Shown: positions 1 to 9,307 of the stretch, in pieces
Position numbering within the stretch: position 1 is the first letter of the stretch
Layout: each line of letters starts with the position of its first letter
Sequence record: NC_015251.1
DNA: 64,000 bases
Direction: 5' to 3' (one strand)
Program-made: the position numbers and the translations under genes
Notes under the pieces: generated by a model
What the model was told of the DNA's origin: nothing
What the model saw: the letters and a program-made list of their open reading frames with translations, nothing else
The model's database searches: none

Positions 1-2235
1 TTAAGCCCCAGTAACCATATTGTTAATAGATTCCCAAACTTCATCGGAAATAGAAATATCTTTTACAGAATGAAGAAGTGTATACACAACCAGATGTTCT
101 TTCTTGAATATTTCAAGATTTGTTTTGTATTTCTCAACGGCAGCATCTTCAAAAGATGAAATATACTTCTTCAGTTCATCGTTTTCGTTATAAGAAGTAA
201 CGGAAAGCAAGTTCATATACTCTCGATATGTATCTTCATCCCAAGACTTTTTAGAAACTAAATCATAACGCTTTCTAATTGGGTCCGACAACAAAATATT
301 ATCAACCAATCGGCGATGTACATTAAAACCGACTGTATCTGAAGTCAATTTATGAAACGCATTTTTATACGTAGTTTCTTTAATGTCATTATAAACCAAA
401 CGGGAAAGGTTTGGATTCTTTTCTGCACGTTTTTTAAGTGCTGACGGAATACGATAAACCGGTTTTCCTAACCAATCTGCCATGCGACATAGGCTTGAGT
501 TTTCAAGAATCTGATCGAATTTTGTATCATCATCGTCATAATAATATCCACCCTTGACTATAACATAAAACCCATCAAACGAATCAACATCTTTTGCGTA
601 GATATTTTCATGATTAGTTTTATCAGAGTAGAACACCACAACGGAATGTCCAGCATCACGAACCCTATTGGATCTTGGTGCGTTTTTACGGGCTTCTTTG
701 CGGGCTAGTTCACGTTTCTCTTGAATTACAGGTCCATGTATACCCCAAAGCTTCTCAACGTCATACACGCATACATCGTCTTTGTGATAACGCTTTGCAA
801 TGGAGATCAGAACATCACGAATCATTTTATCGAATTTTTTATTCCAGCGCATACCCGACTGGTTAAACATCATAACGCCGTGACTATTCTTAGGAATGAT
901 TCCATGTTCTTGAAGTGAACGGATGTTCTTTTTGTATCCCTTTACTGAGTTATCAACAATCAACAATGGAATATTATACTTAGTCGTATGATGTTTTGGA
1001 TTGAATTTAGCTTCCAGTTTCACCTTATAATTTGAGTAATAACGAGATGAACGAGTGCGATCAAAAATCTTATAACTTGTATTGGAAAATCCATTCATAA
1101 AAGAAATAGAACGGTCCTTTAGATTATCTTCAATATATTTTAGATATTTGATAACCGCTGGATCAAATTCAATATTGTCATAAAAAATATCCCAGTCCTT
1201 CAGAGTCTTTTTATTATGATAGAACGTATTACTTACGAAATTAAAAATCGATGTACCAAAAGTAAGGTCTTTGATCTTATTTATCTTCTCCCGAGCATCC
1301 TTACAACCTTCAATTGCGAGCGTTACATCATCCCATACCTTATCAGCATGGGATTTAAAATACTTCTTAAGGGTTGTAATTGTATGCTCATCCAAACTCA
1401 ACTCTTCACGGTTAGGAAGAGGATTAAGAGAACCCATGGGAAAATCAATAAACTTGGTTGAGTTTTTAGGAAAGTAAATCTCACAAACTGTTCCATCGAT
1501 AAACTTTCTCGGAATGGAATATGATACACCCCCCATAATTGCATATGTGCCATGGTCATACAGACGAGGAACATTCTTTTGTTCATCTTTATATGTACAC
1601 AGACCCAAGTCGGTCCCGACAAAATTGGGGAAATATTCGTTTCGATTGAACGTGTAATAAACAAAACGACTTTCTTCTTGAATATCTGAAATATCTTCCT
1701 GATCTACAGGAACTACGATTTCAATACCCGTATGTTCGTCAGATGGACAGCTATGGACAGGAACACATGCAGGGATCCCGTTATTCATGTAGATACTATA
1801 AACCGTCTTTACACCATCAAACCAAGATGTAACTGTAAAGGTTGTGGTATAACAGAACGGACTTTTGGACCCCAAACCAAACGCACCAATAAAATCGTCA
1901 GATTCTTCTTTAGTTGATGCAAAGTAAGTTGTAAACAACGCATCAATACCTTCCGGAGAAAGACCAATACCATAATCCCGCAAACGCCATTGAAGGCTCA
2001 ATTCTGAAGGCAACTCTACATCAAAGTGTTTGCTTACCGGTTTACCCTGCAATGCAAGTGCAATATGACCATCAATCGCGTTACAACTCAGCTCTCGAAT
2101 AAATGCTCGGATCTTGAACTTATACAGCCCAGAAGACAGTATGGTATATGCCTTTGAAGATTGCACCATACCAAACTGTTTTACTTCTCCTTGAGTATCA
2201 CCATAAATTGGTGTCTTCATTTCAACCATCTTCAT
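1..2235 (-). CDS. rIIA: RIIA protector from prophage-induced early lysis
   Basis: 744 aa. N-terminal GHKL/HSP90-like ATPase motifs (IRELSCNAIDG, DYGIGLS, GAFGLGSKSPF) typical of RIIA; T4-like position downstream of gene 39. Confidence 0.92.
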   Translation of the reverse strand: MKMVEMKTPIYGDTQGEVKQFGMVQSSKAYTILSSGLYKFKIRAFIRELSCNAIDGHIALALQGKPVSKHFDVELPSELSLQWRLRDYGIGLSPEGIDALFTTYFASTKEESDDFIGAFGLGSKSPFCYTTTFTVTSWFDGVKTVYSIYMNNGIPACVPVHSCPSDEHTGIEIVVPVDQEDISDIQEESRFVYYTFNRNEYFPNFVGTDLGLCTYKDEQKNVPRLYDHGTYAIMGGVSYSIPRKFIDGTVCEIYFPKNSTKFIDFPMGSLNPLPNREELSLDEHTITTLKKYFKSHADKVWDDVTLAIEGCKDAREKINKIKDLTFGTSIFNFVSNTFYHNKKTLKDWDIFYDNIEFDPAVIKYLKYIEDNLKDRSISFMNGFSNTSYKIFDRTRSSRYYSNYKVKLEAKFNPKHHTTKYNIPLLIVDNSVKGYKKNIRSLQEHGIIPKNSHGVMMFNQSGMRWNKKFDKMIRDVLISIAKRYHKDDVCVYDVEKLWGIHGPVIQEKRELARKEARKNAPRSNRVRDAGHSVVVFYSDKTNHENIYAKDVDSFDGFYVIVKGGYYYDDDDTKFDQILENSSLCRMADWLGKPVYRIPSALKKRAEKNPNLSRLVYNDIKETTYKNAFHKLTSDTVGFNVHRRLVDNILLSDPIRKRYDLVSKKSWDEDTYREYMNLLSVTSYNENDELKKYISSFEDAAVEKYKTNLEIFKKEHLVVYTLLHSVKDISISDEVWESINNMVTGA

Positions 2236-2261
2236 ATTATAAAATCCTCATAACCCAAAAA

Positions 2262-2534
2262 TTAAACTTCTACCATGTATTCTTCGATATCTTCTTGGTA
2301 TAGATGGAAAATTAACGCTTCATCAAAATGCATTATAATTGCAGGAGAACCGTCAACCATAATCCACGCTTCATCGTCACACAGATCAATATAAAACTCT
2401 TCAATACCTTCTGTATCTAGAAATTCGATTACGGCTTGGTTATATGTTTTGAGATCTTCTTCTCCGGAGTGATTAAAACCATCACTTGCGAATTCTTGTT
2501 TATGATTTTCACTTTTAAAACGATATTTTTTCAT
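2262..2534 (-). CDS. small acidic hypothetical protein, paralogue of 2538-2801
   Basis: 90 aa ORF (MKKYRFKSE...) with visible similarity to the adjacent ORF. Confidence 0.75.
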   Translation of the reverse strand: MKKYRFKSENHKQEFASDGFNHSGEEDLKTYNQAVIEFLDTEGIEEFYIDLCDDEAWIMVDGSPAIIMHFDEALIFHLYQEDIEEYMVEV

Positions 2535-2537
2535 AAT

Positions 2538-2801
2538 TTATTCCACCATAGTTAGGAAATTTGAAATGTCAGAACTGGAAAAATGATAGAATAAGCTTTC
2601 CAATTCCACTGGGGTTTCTGGTTCCATGTCAATCACAAATTTATCTTCTTGATAATCAACTGACACTAGATAAAACTCATCATAACCGTATTTATCAAGA
2701 TAGTCAACTATTGTATGATTGGGATTATCTCCAATCTCATAGATCTGGTCCATGTTGAGAAATTGTTGTTTTTCTATATCACTTTTAAATCGAAATTTCA
2801 T
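2538..2801 (-). CDS. small acidic hypothetical protein, paralogue of 2262-2534
   Basis: 87 aa ORF (MKFRFKSD...); its ATG overlaps the TGA of the upstream frameshifted gene. Confidence 0.75.
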   Translation of the reverse strand: MKFRFKSDIEKQQFLNMDQIYEIGDNPNHTIVDYLDKYGYDEFYLVSVDYQEDKFVIDMEPETPVELESLFYHFSSSDISNFLTMVE

Positions 2802-3128
2802 TTCTTCACCTCAAAATCCAGATACAAATCCAACCAGTCTAGAGCTAATTTATCTAGATCCGGAGAATACCCCATAACAATCTTCCAGTCAACCGTTTTC
2901 TTTGTGATATAAGTTTCGGTCTTCAATGCATCAAGTAGTTTGTTTACTTCTCGCCAAACTTCATCAATGGGTTCGATCTCGTCTTCATCACACCATTCTT
3001 TCCATTCAATGATCGACTGTTCATACCATCCAACAATCTTATCACGGATGAACCATACAGGTTTCTTGTCGCCAATAGACAGAGTAGGACTTGTTTTATG
3101 TGAAATGTTACTTAAGTTGTTTTTTCAT
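2798..3128 (-). CDS. hypothetical protein (~109 aa) with a frameshift in an A6 run just after the start; absent from ORF track
   Basis: GAGG SD, then ATG AAA AAA CAA CTT AAG TAA. The shifted frame stays open ~105 codons (NLSNISHK...LYLDFEVKK*) and ends in an ATGA overlap with the next gene. Confidence 0.65.
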
Positions 3129-3153
3129 ATCAATTGCCTCATAATTTTTATCT

Positions 3154-3166
3154 ATTATACACAAGA
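3154..3166 (-). promoter_or_regulatory. extended -10 sigma70-type promoter (TGTGTATAAT)
   Basis: Minus strand CTTGTGTATAAT ~25 nt upstream of the ATG at 3128. Confidence 0.55.
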
Positions 3167-3201
3167 AAAAGAAAAAGGGAACAAAAATGTTCCCTTTATT
3201 T

Positions 3202-5205
3202 TTATTCATCCATCCAAGCTTTACGCAAGTCGGATTCGTTACCAAAGAACATCTCTAGAGATTCCCCAGCACTACCATCTATACTAACCCGCTCCATGTA
3301 CGGATCTCGGATACACTTCTTGTAATCTTCCTTGTTCAACTGACCCAATCCTTTAACATGTTCATGTTTCCAGCCAGTTCCCGCAAATTTCTTATTGTTA
3401 AATTCGACAGTATCATAACACCAAACAACATCCTTACCCTTCCTACTGATATATTCTGGGGTACGGCATACCAACAAACGCCCTTGGTCGATGTAGTGTT
3501 TCCAATACTTATGGAACAATGAAATAATCAGGTTGCTTATGTGTCCACGACCATCTGGATCCGCATCAACGAGAATAGAAACATAGTCATAATTCGCGGC
3601 GGTATTCCGTCTGACATTGGTTTGATTTCTATAATGAACCATATCAGGTTTTAGTTCATGAGTCCATTCATTTCCTGTAATGATATCTCGGGTCTGTACC
3701 CATTTACCATTAACAATCATTTCATCATTTTCAGCAACAACCAGATCTCCATTTCGATAAAAGTCACCACTTGGTAATTCTTTCGTATCATCAAGGGTTA
3801 TTCCCAAAATGGAAATGATATTGGTGATCTCTGCGTTTTTCAATACTTTGGTTTTGTCTGATATTTTGTGAACAGACAACATTTTACCACGAAGAGGGAA
3901 ACCCCCTTGTGTGTCGTGATCGCGAGTTGCACCAAGGAATCCCAATGCGGAATCACCCTCAGTCAAGAATAGGACCGTTTCGAATCCCTTCTTTCCATAC
4001 TTGTTAGCCTGAATATGTTTAGGAACGTTCGAGGTAAGAGCCTTCTTTTGTGCTTTTGTTGCGAGCGCCTTTTCTACTGCATCACGTTTTGCAATTGCAC
4101 TTTCAACAATAGGCATGATAACAGAATCATTGGATATCATCCGTTTTGCAATGGCTTTTAGATCAATACCACAATGATCCTTAATTTGTCCATTGGAATT
4201 ACTCAATCGCTCTTTTGTCTGACCATCGAACTTAGCACCTTCAAACCCACGAAGAGACATAAAAATCAATGTATTCTCTTTAATTCGTGATTTATTGATC
4301 TCAACCTTAAACTTTCGTTTAATCATTGGGGTTAGTTCATCACACAAACCATTGATCAAATATTCTACGTGGTTTCCGCCTTGCTTAGTATGTACACCAT
4401 TCACATAACTCAACTGACGGAATTCGTCAGAAGTACCTATGAAGAATGAACATTTTTCATTCTCAAAAATTACCGGATCACCAAAATCACTAGCAAATTT
4501 CTTGAACTTAGAATCTACTTTCTTTTTATTGAAAGTGAACTTAATTTGTGGAAACAATACCGACAAAATTTCTACGCGAGATTTAATAACATCTACAATG
4601 TCATTAGGAATACCACCAAATATACCGAACTTGTCTAGCAAATCTGGGATAAACTCAACAGTAGTACCTTGAGTTCCACCTTTTTTCTTTGTGTAAGATT
4701 GGTTTTCTGCGTTTTGGGTACAGTAGATTGTAACTGTATTTTTACCATCGCATGTGGTTGCTCGGAACATAGTAGAATATAGGTTAGTCAAAACGGAACC
4801 AACGCCATTTTTACCAATACCTTTACGCTCTTTCACGAAGTTACCGCCAGCCATTGCGCGAGTATAACACGCCAAGGGATACGGTACGACTTCACCCTCT
4901 GGGGTTGTTACATCATATTGCGGTATACCTCTACCGTTATCTGATATAGTTACTTGGTTTGTTTGATCATCGACTACGATATCAATTTTATTTGCATATT
5001 TAAAATCGGTTCTAATTGCTTCATCTACCGAGTTATCTACAATTTCATCAATCACTTTAGCAAGACCCGGAATATAGTTCTTGCTTACAAACTTACCATT
5101 TTCTAAAACTAAATGAGTTTCTTCTGATAAAGACCCAACATACATATCACTGTTTAGGAAAATATGTTCGTAGTGACTAAGAATTTTACCTTCCTGTTCT
5201 TTCAT
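3202..5205 (-). CDS. 39: type II DNA topoisomerase large (ATPase+TOPRIM) subunit, fused gp39+gp60
   Basis: GHKL motifs EIVDNSVDE, DNGRGIP, GKNGVGS; TOPRIM LTEGDSA and DADPDG; C-terminal KGLG segment matches T4 gp60. Confidence 0.95.
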   Translation of the reverse strand: MKEQEGKILSHYEHIFLNSDMYVGSLSEETHLVLENGKFVSKNYIPGLAKVIDEIVDNSVDEAIRTDFKYANKIDIVVDDQTNQVTISDNGRGIPQYDVTTPEGEVVPYPLACYTRAMAGGNFVKERKGIGKNGVGSVLTNLYSTMFRATTCDGKNTVTIYCTQNAENQSYTKKKGGTQGTTVEFIPDLLDKFGIFGGIPNDIVDVIKSRVEILSVLFPQIKFTFNKKKVDSKFKKFASDFGDPVIFENEKCSFFIGTSDEFRQLSYVNGVHTKQGGNHVEYLINGLCDELTPMIKRKFKVEINKSRIKENTLIFMSLRGFEGAKFDGQTKERLSNSNGQIKDHCGIDLKAIAKRMISNDSVIMPIVESAIAKRDAVEKALATKAQKKALTSNVPKHIQANKYGKKGFETVLFLTEGDSALGFLGATRDHDTQGGFPLRGKMLSVHKISDKTKVLKNAEITNIISILGITLDDTKELPSGDFYRNGDLVVAENDEMIVNGKWVQTRDIITGNEWTHELKPDMVHYRNQTNVRRNTAANYDYVSILVDADPDGRGHISNLIISLFHKYWKHYIDQGRLLVCRTPEYISRKGKDVVWCYDTVEFNNKKFAGTGWKHEHVKGLGQLNKEDYKKCIRDPYMERVSIDGSAGESLEMFFGNESDLRKAWMDE

Positions 5206-5548
5206 CTATTACGACCCCATGTTTCTTAAGAATATTTTGTACCGTTATATTTGTTATGTTAACCCACCCTCTAGAGTTTTGAATATTCAATTCTTTAAAA
5301 AGTTCTGTATATGAGTGTACCGGTACGTGAATATAATCAAGAAGTTCGAATGAAGGTTCATCATCAACCAAAGTACATTTATAATTTACTGTATCCAAAA
5401 ATTCTTCTGTTACCTTATGGTATGACCCATACCGTGCATAATCAACACCAAGAACTCCGATGAAATATGTACGATAACCTAGTTTTGATTCTCGGATCTG
5501 TTTCCTTGCTAGTTCAACCAATTTAGAATCAATCATTCGTTTCTCCAA
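5186..5548 (-). CDS. hypothetical protein
   Basis: 120 aa ORF in the operon with GGAG SD; start may be the second Met. Confidence 0.7.
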   Translation of the reverse strand: MEKRMIDSKLVELARKQIRESKLGYRTYFIGVLGVDYARYGSYHKVTEEFLDTVNYKCTLVDDEPSFELLDYIHVPVHSYTELFKELNIQNSRGWVNITNITVQNILKKHGVVIDERTGR

Positions 5549-5568
5549 AATGTGGGGGATTACTCCCC

Positions 5569-5967
5569 CTATTTTTCAATATAATATTCTGCAAAGCTCG
5601 GAGAACCCGTTACTTTAGTAACCAAATACCTCAATCTTCCGTCAGCTAGTTTATCATAGTGACGGAAAAATGTAAACTCACCCATAGGGACAACAATAAA
5701 CATTGGATCGGGGCCAATCATATTTTCATATTCTTGACTGGTGATTTTATAATGGAACCAAGAAATACACGGTTTTGATGTGGTTTTATCATCAACACCA
5801 ATATTAGTTGGTGTTGGTTTGTATCCACGATTAGGCATTCCCCAATCACCACCATTTTTCCAAACGTTTGGATCCCAAAAGTGATTGGGCCAATCTTGAT
5901 ATGATGGGCTGGTATATGGAACTCCAATCGGATCGTTCCACCATTCAAATTGCTTATGCATCGTCAT
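5569..5967 (-). CDS. hypothetical Trp/Pro-rich protein
   Basis: 132 aa ORF, co-oriented and tightly packed. Confidence 0.7.
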   Translation of the reverse strand: MTMHKQFEWWNDPIGVPYTSPSYQDWPNHFWDPNVWKNGGDWGMPNRGYKPTPTNIGVDDKTTSKPCISWFHYKITSQEYENMIGPDPMFIVVPMGEFTFFRHYDKLADGRLRYLVTKVTGSPSFAEYYIEK

Positions 5968-6127
5968 GTACCAGATATGCGTCTACATCATAGTTTTCAT
6001 AAACTGCTACAAGTTTACCATCCAAGTAAAAGTTTTGGGAAAACCCTTCTGGTTCGTAGCAAGTACGGGATACAACACCAGCAGCATACGCAACTTCTTC
6101 AAATACTTCAACAGATACTTGTTTCAT
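5954..6127 (-). CDS. small hypothetical protein (57 aa, MKQVSVEVFEE...HDDA); absent from ORF track
   Basis: Hand-translated; GAGG SD; fills the gap between dexA and the next gene. Confidence 0.65.
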   Translation of the reverse strand: MKQVSVEVFEEVAYAAGVVSRTCYEPEGFSQNFYLDGKLVAVYENYDVDAYLVHDDA

Positions 6128-6129
6128 TT

Positions 6130-6789
6130 TCAATAACCTCTTTTTGAGTTAGGATCTATTTCGGCTGGAATATCTTCAAGCCCATGAGAGTAACGTTTTG
6201 AATAGATTACCATCAATACATCGCGAGCGCAATCATGTAATGAGTTATGTTTTGTGAAATTTGGAAGACTTCCAACCGGCAAAGGACAATATGTTTGATC
6301 CCTTCCGAGGTTATCTTCAATGACGGTTCGAATCTCACGGAAATTGTTAAACATAACAGGAGCCTCGTTGGTTACTTCACTAGGAGGGATCCCCATAGCA
6401 GAAATTATCCAACTACGCAACCAAATTATATCCATTTCTCCCCGAGTCCAGAAATGTGACTTCTTGAAACTGATATCATTTTTGTTTAGGAATTCCTTAA
6501 GCTCTGCTAATCCTTCAACCATAGTCACATCTTCGTCTGATGGCTTCAGGAGAAGTTTTGCATCATCACCTTGACGTTTCCACCAATCGATTGTAGAAGC
6601 GCTGGTAGTGCGTCCTAGAGCTTTCTGAGACTTAATATCAAACTTAATTTTAATTCCGTTTGATACCAGACTATTAAATGTGGGAACATTTACTATATCC
6701 ATATGAAATGGAATTATAGACGCTTCAATCAAAATTGCAGATTCACATACATCTAACGATTCAAAGTCAATAATAAAGTCAGTAACCAT
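6130..6789 (-). CDS. dexA: exonuclease A (DnaQ-like 3'-5' exonuclease)
   Basis: DFIIDFES (Exo I), KHNSLHDCARD (Exo III) and a C-terminal RYSHGLED segment as in T4 DexA. Confidence 0.9.
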   Translation of the reverse strand: MVTDFIIDFESLDVCESAILIEASIIPFHMDIVNVPTFNSLVSNGIKIKFDIKSQKALGRTTSASTIDWWKRQGDDAKLLLKPSDEDVTMVEGLAELKEFLNKNDISFKKSHFWTRGEMDIIWLRSWIISAMGIPPSEVTNEAPVMFNNFREIRTVIEDNLGRDQTYCPLPVGSLPNFTKHNSLHDCARDVLMVIYSKRYSHGLEDIPAEIDPNSKRGY

Positions 6790-7280
6790 TACTTGGTCCC
6801 CGAAGAACCGATCCCAGCAGACCCACGAACTGTTTGTGTTTCAAAATCATCAACTCGATTAAACTTAATCTTGTTGAATACTGGGATAAACACCATCTGA
6901 CAAAACCGCTCACCTTTCGGGATATGAAGAACTTTGTTAAAAGTCATTGGGTCATCTTCATTCACAATATGTTCATTTCGAACTTTAACCATAATCTCGC
7001 CTTGATAATTTCCATCGATAAGACCGACAGTATTAGCAAGTCGAGTATAGAATTTAAATCCAAGACCAGAACGCGGGAGGATCATTGCCGCGATACCAAC
7101 CCCCGGAATATCAGTTTCAATTTGACTCATATCAAAACGCATACCGGTATTTACAATGATATCTTCTCCCGGTTTTAGCATGATCGCTTCTGGGGTTCGC
7201 AGATCAATAGCGGCATCACCTTCACGTTGAAAATCCGGCATTGCGTCATATTCGAAACCACTAATAAAATTCATTTCCAT
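6789..7280 (-). CDS. dut: trimeric dUTPase
   Basis: Motifs AAIDL, PRSGLG, VGLIDGNYQGEI, GERFCQMV, RGSAGIGSSG. Confidence 0.95.
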   Translation of the reverse strand: MEMNFISGFEYDAMPDFQREGDAAIDLRTPEAIMLKPGEDIIVNTGMRFDMSQIETDIPGVGIAAMILPRSGLGFKFYTRLANTVGLIDGNYQGEIMVKVRNEHIVNEDDPMTFNKVLHIPKGERFCQMVFIPVFNKIKFNRVDDFETQTVRGSAGIGSSGTK

Positions 7281-7282
7281 TT

Positions 7283-7642
7283 TTAAACCTCATTTAATTT
7301 TTCAGACAAAAATTGTGCTAGACGTTTTCGGCTTTCACCGTATGATCCATAGTAGTAATTATCTACTTCGACATATTCATCAAAGGGTGTCAACCCTCGC
7401 GGGGACTTTACCGGATAATTTATATTACCGGAATAATCATCCCAATATTCCACATGATTTTGAATTACATCAGTAAGGGAGTAATAACAATCAGTTTCGT
7501 ATTTTTTAAAATCTACACACAAATTCCAACTTTGGTTACACAAACCAATATCATAATCCCACCATTCTGGGAATTTACTATTTGATACATTTTGAAGAAC
7601 TTCAACAACTGTCAAAGTATAATCTAAATCATTATTTTCCAT
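7283..7642 (-). CDS. hypothetical protein
   Basis: 119 aa ORF between primase and dUTPase. Confidence 0.7.
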   Translation of the reverse strand: MENNDLDYTLTVVEVLQNVSNSKFPEWWDYDIGLCNQSWNLCVDFKKYETDCYYSLTDVIQNHVEYWDDYSGNINYPVKSPRGLTPFDEYVEVDNYYYGSYGESRKRLAQFLSEKLNEV

Positions 7643-7645
7643 AAA

Positions 7646-8692
7646 CTAAATCCTCTTGTGTCCAAATCTGCGCCACTTGCTAAGTGCAAGTTCCGCCCTT
7701 AGACCATAGTATGTATGTTCTTTTAGATAAGAAATTATATCTTCAATACGAGCGCCATCATTTTTTACCATATCATTTATATCTTTAGATTGCCATGGAC
7801 ATTCGTCCCATATGACAACCCGTTCACCAGCATGAACCAGATTTTCTATCCGTTTTATTGTATCATAAGAACGGTCTTCCTTGTCAAGTACCCAAACCCG
7901 TTTTTCCGGAAATGGAGCATCTTCAAGGGCCATCACACCCCCAACGATAGCACAAGCGTTAGGAATGAATACGCTATCAATTGGACCCTCTAACATCCAT
8001 ACGGTTTTGTTGGGATCCGCTCTTTCCATGCCATAAACCTTAGAAGCCTTATCATCTGCTTTGATAGTAAGGTATCGGCGGCTTTTATCTACATTTGGAT
8101 CTAGTGCGCGACCTTGTAATGAGGAATAAGTTCCATCCTTATTATAGATCGGGATAACTAGTCTATACTCTTTTTTGTCATCATACAAGTATGTTTCTGG
8201 TTTTATATTATTTGCTAGTTTCTTCCATTCGTCTGTGAAGAAAAATAGATGATATTGATGTTTGGGAATCTTTCGATTGGCAACCCATTTAACCGCTGGG
8301 TGATTTTCTGGAAGATCTGCAATGCAAGTTGAATATGGTATCACATTCTTCTTTATAATTTCAACTGGTTTTGGCTTTGGTTTCTCAACAGAAACCCAAC
8401 TATCGTCTTTATTTGAAAACTTTTCTTTTGCAAATTCTCTATACATTTCCGGTTCGTGGTCATATAGATAATTTGTTAGCTTAAAGTTCCGACCACAGTT
8501 GAAACAACCAAATCGAACGTGTCCATCATCTTCATATAACCATCCACGGGTTTTATAACCAGAATCACCATCACCACATAATGGACATTTGAAGTTATAA
8601 CGAACTTCAACACCACGGGCGTGATCGGTACACATCTCCATTCGATATGACAACCGTGTAGCGAAATCTCGTTCTATCGCAATAATGTTCAT
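7646..8692 (-). CDS. 61: DNA primase
   Basis: Zn finger CPLCGD...CFNCG; TOPRIM EGPIDSVF; SKDINDM. Confidence 0.95.
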   Translation of the reverse strand: MNIIAIERDFATRLSYRMEMCTDHARGVEVRYNFKCPLCGDGDSGYKTRGWLYEDDGHVRFGCFNCGRNFKLTNYLYDHEPEMYREFAKEKFSNKDDSWVSVEKPKPKPVEIIKKNVIPYSTCIADLPENHPAVKWVANRKIPKHQYHLFFFTDEWKKLANNIKPETYLYDDKKEYRLVIPIYNKDGTYSSLQGRALDPNVDKSRRYLTIKADDKASKVYGMERADPNKTVWMLEGPIDSVFIPNACAIVGGVMALEDAPFPEKRVWVLDKEDRSYDTIKRIENLVHAGERVVIWDECPWQSKDINDMVKNDGARIEDIISYLKEHTYYGLRAELALSKWRRFGHKRI

Positions 8693-8714
8693 AAAATACC
8701 CCCTAATTTTAAGT

Positions 8715-8727
8715 AGTATAACACAAG
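8715..8727 (-). promoter_or_regulatory. extended -10 promoter for primase (TGTGTTATACT)
   Basis: Same TGTGT+hexamer pattern as upstream of 41, 55 and nrdA. Confidence 0.5.
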
Positions 8728-8741
8728 TACCACATAAAAAT

Positions 8742-8764
8742 AAAGCCCCATAATTGGGGCTTTT
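8742..8764. terminator. intrinsic terminator
   Basis: AAAGCCCCA-TAAT-TGGGGCTTTT hairpin with A/T tails. Confidence 0.8.
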
Positions 8765-8820
8765 TGTAACATATCTAATACTAAAACGTGTATATTGTTA
8801 TAATTTGTAACGTATACGTA

Positions 8821-9262
8821 TCAATCTTCCAATGGACTTTTCATTTTCTTTTTAACAATTTTCTTACCTGAAGGTCCCTTACCAGTAACCGAACCGGTAG
8901 TTACTCCGGACGCTATATTAGAAACACTTCCGCCACTATCACCGGCTACCATAGCTTCACATAACTTTTCGATAGTCGTATCAGGAGTTCCGTATTGATC
9001 TGTTAAAGTATTCCATTTAGATTTAACTTCATGAAGATCAACCATCAATCGGGTATTACCATATGTATCAATACTCTGTTTAAGAGAATTCACAGATTCG
9101 TGAAATTTTGTATAAGCAGCAATATCCCTAACTGATTTGGGTTCTCCAATCTGGTTTCCCCTGTTCATCAATAATTCCTTGATCATATGCTTCCCAATCT
9201 CGGAAAGGCTTATTTAGCAAAGAAAACATACATTTAGAGTATGTAGATTCCATTTTGTTCAC
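8821..9262 (-). CDS. conserved T4-like protein (often annotated gp61.1), frameshifted near 9160
   Basis: AGGAG SD plus GTG at 9262 gives YSKCMFSLLNKPFRDWEAYDQGIIDEQG; removing one G from CAGGGGA joins the listed ORF (NQIGEPK...AAYTKFH...MVAGDSGG). Confidence 0.7.
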
Positions 9263-9307
9263 AATTATCTCCTAACAATAATGGGGCCACACAGCCCCGT
9301 TTATTAT

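Noticed and set aside
9211-9217. CTAAATA as a late promoter for the 8821-9186 ORF
   Set aside because: It lies inside the reconstructed coding sequence once the true start at 9262 is recognised.
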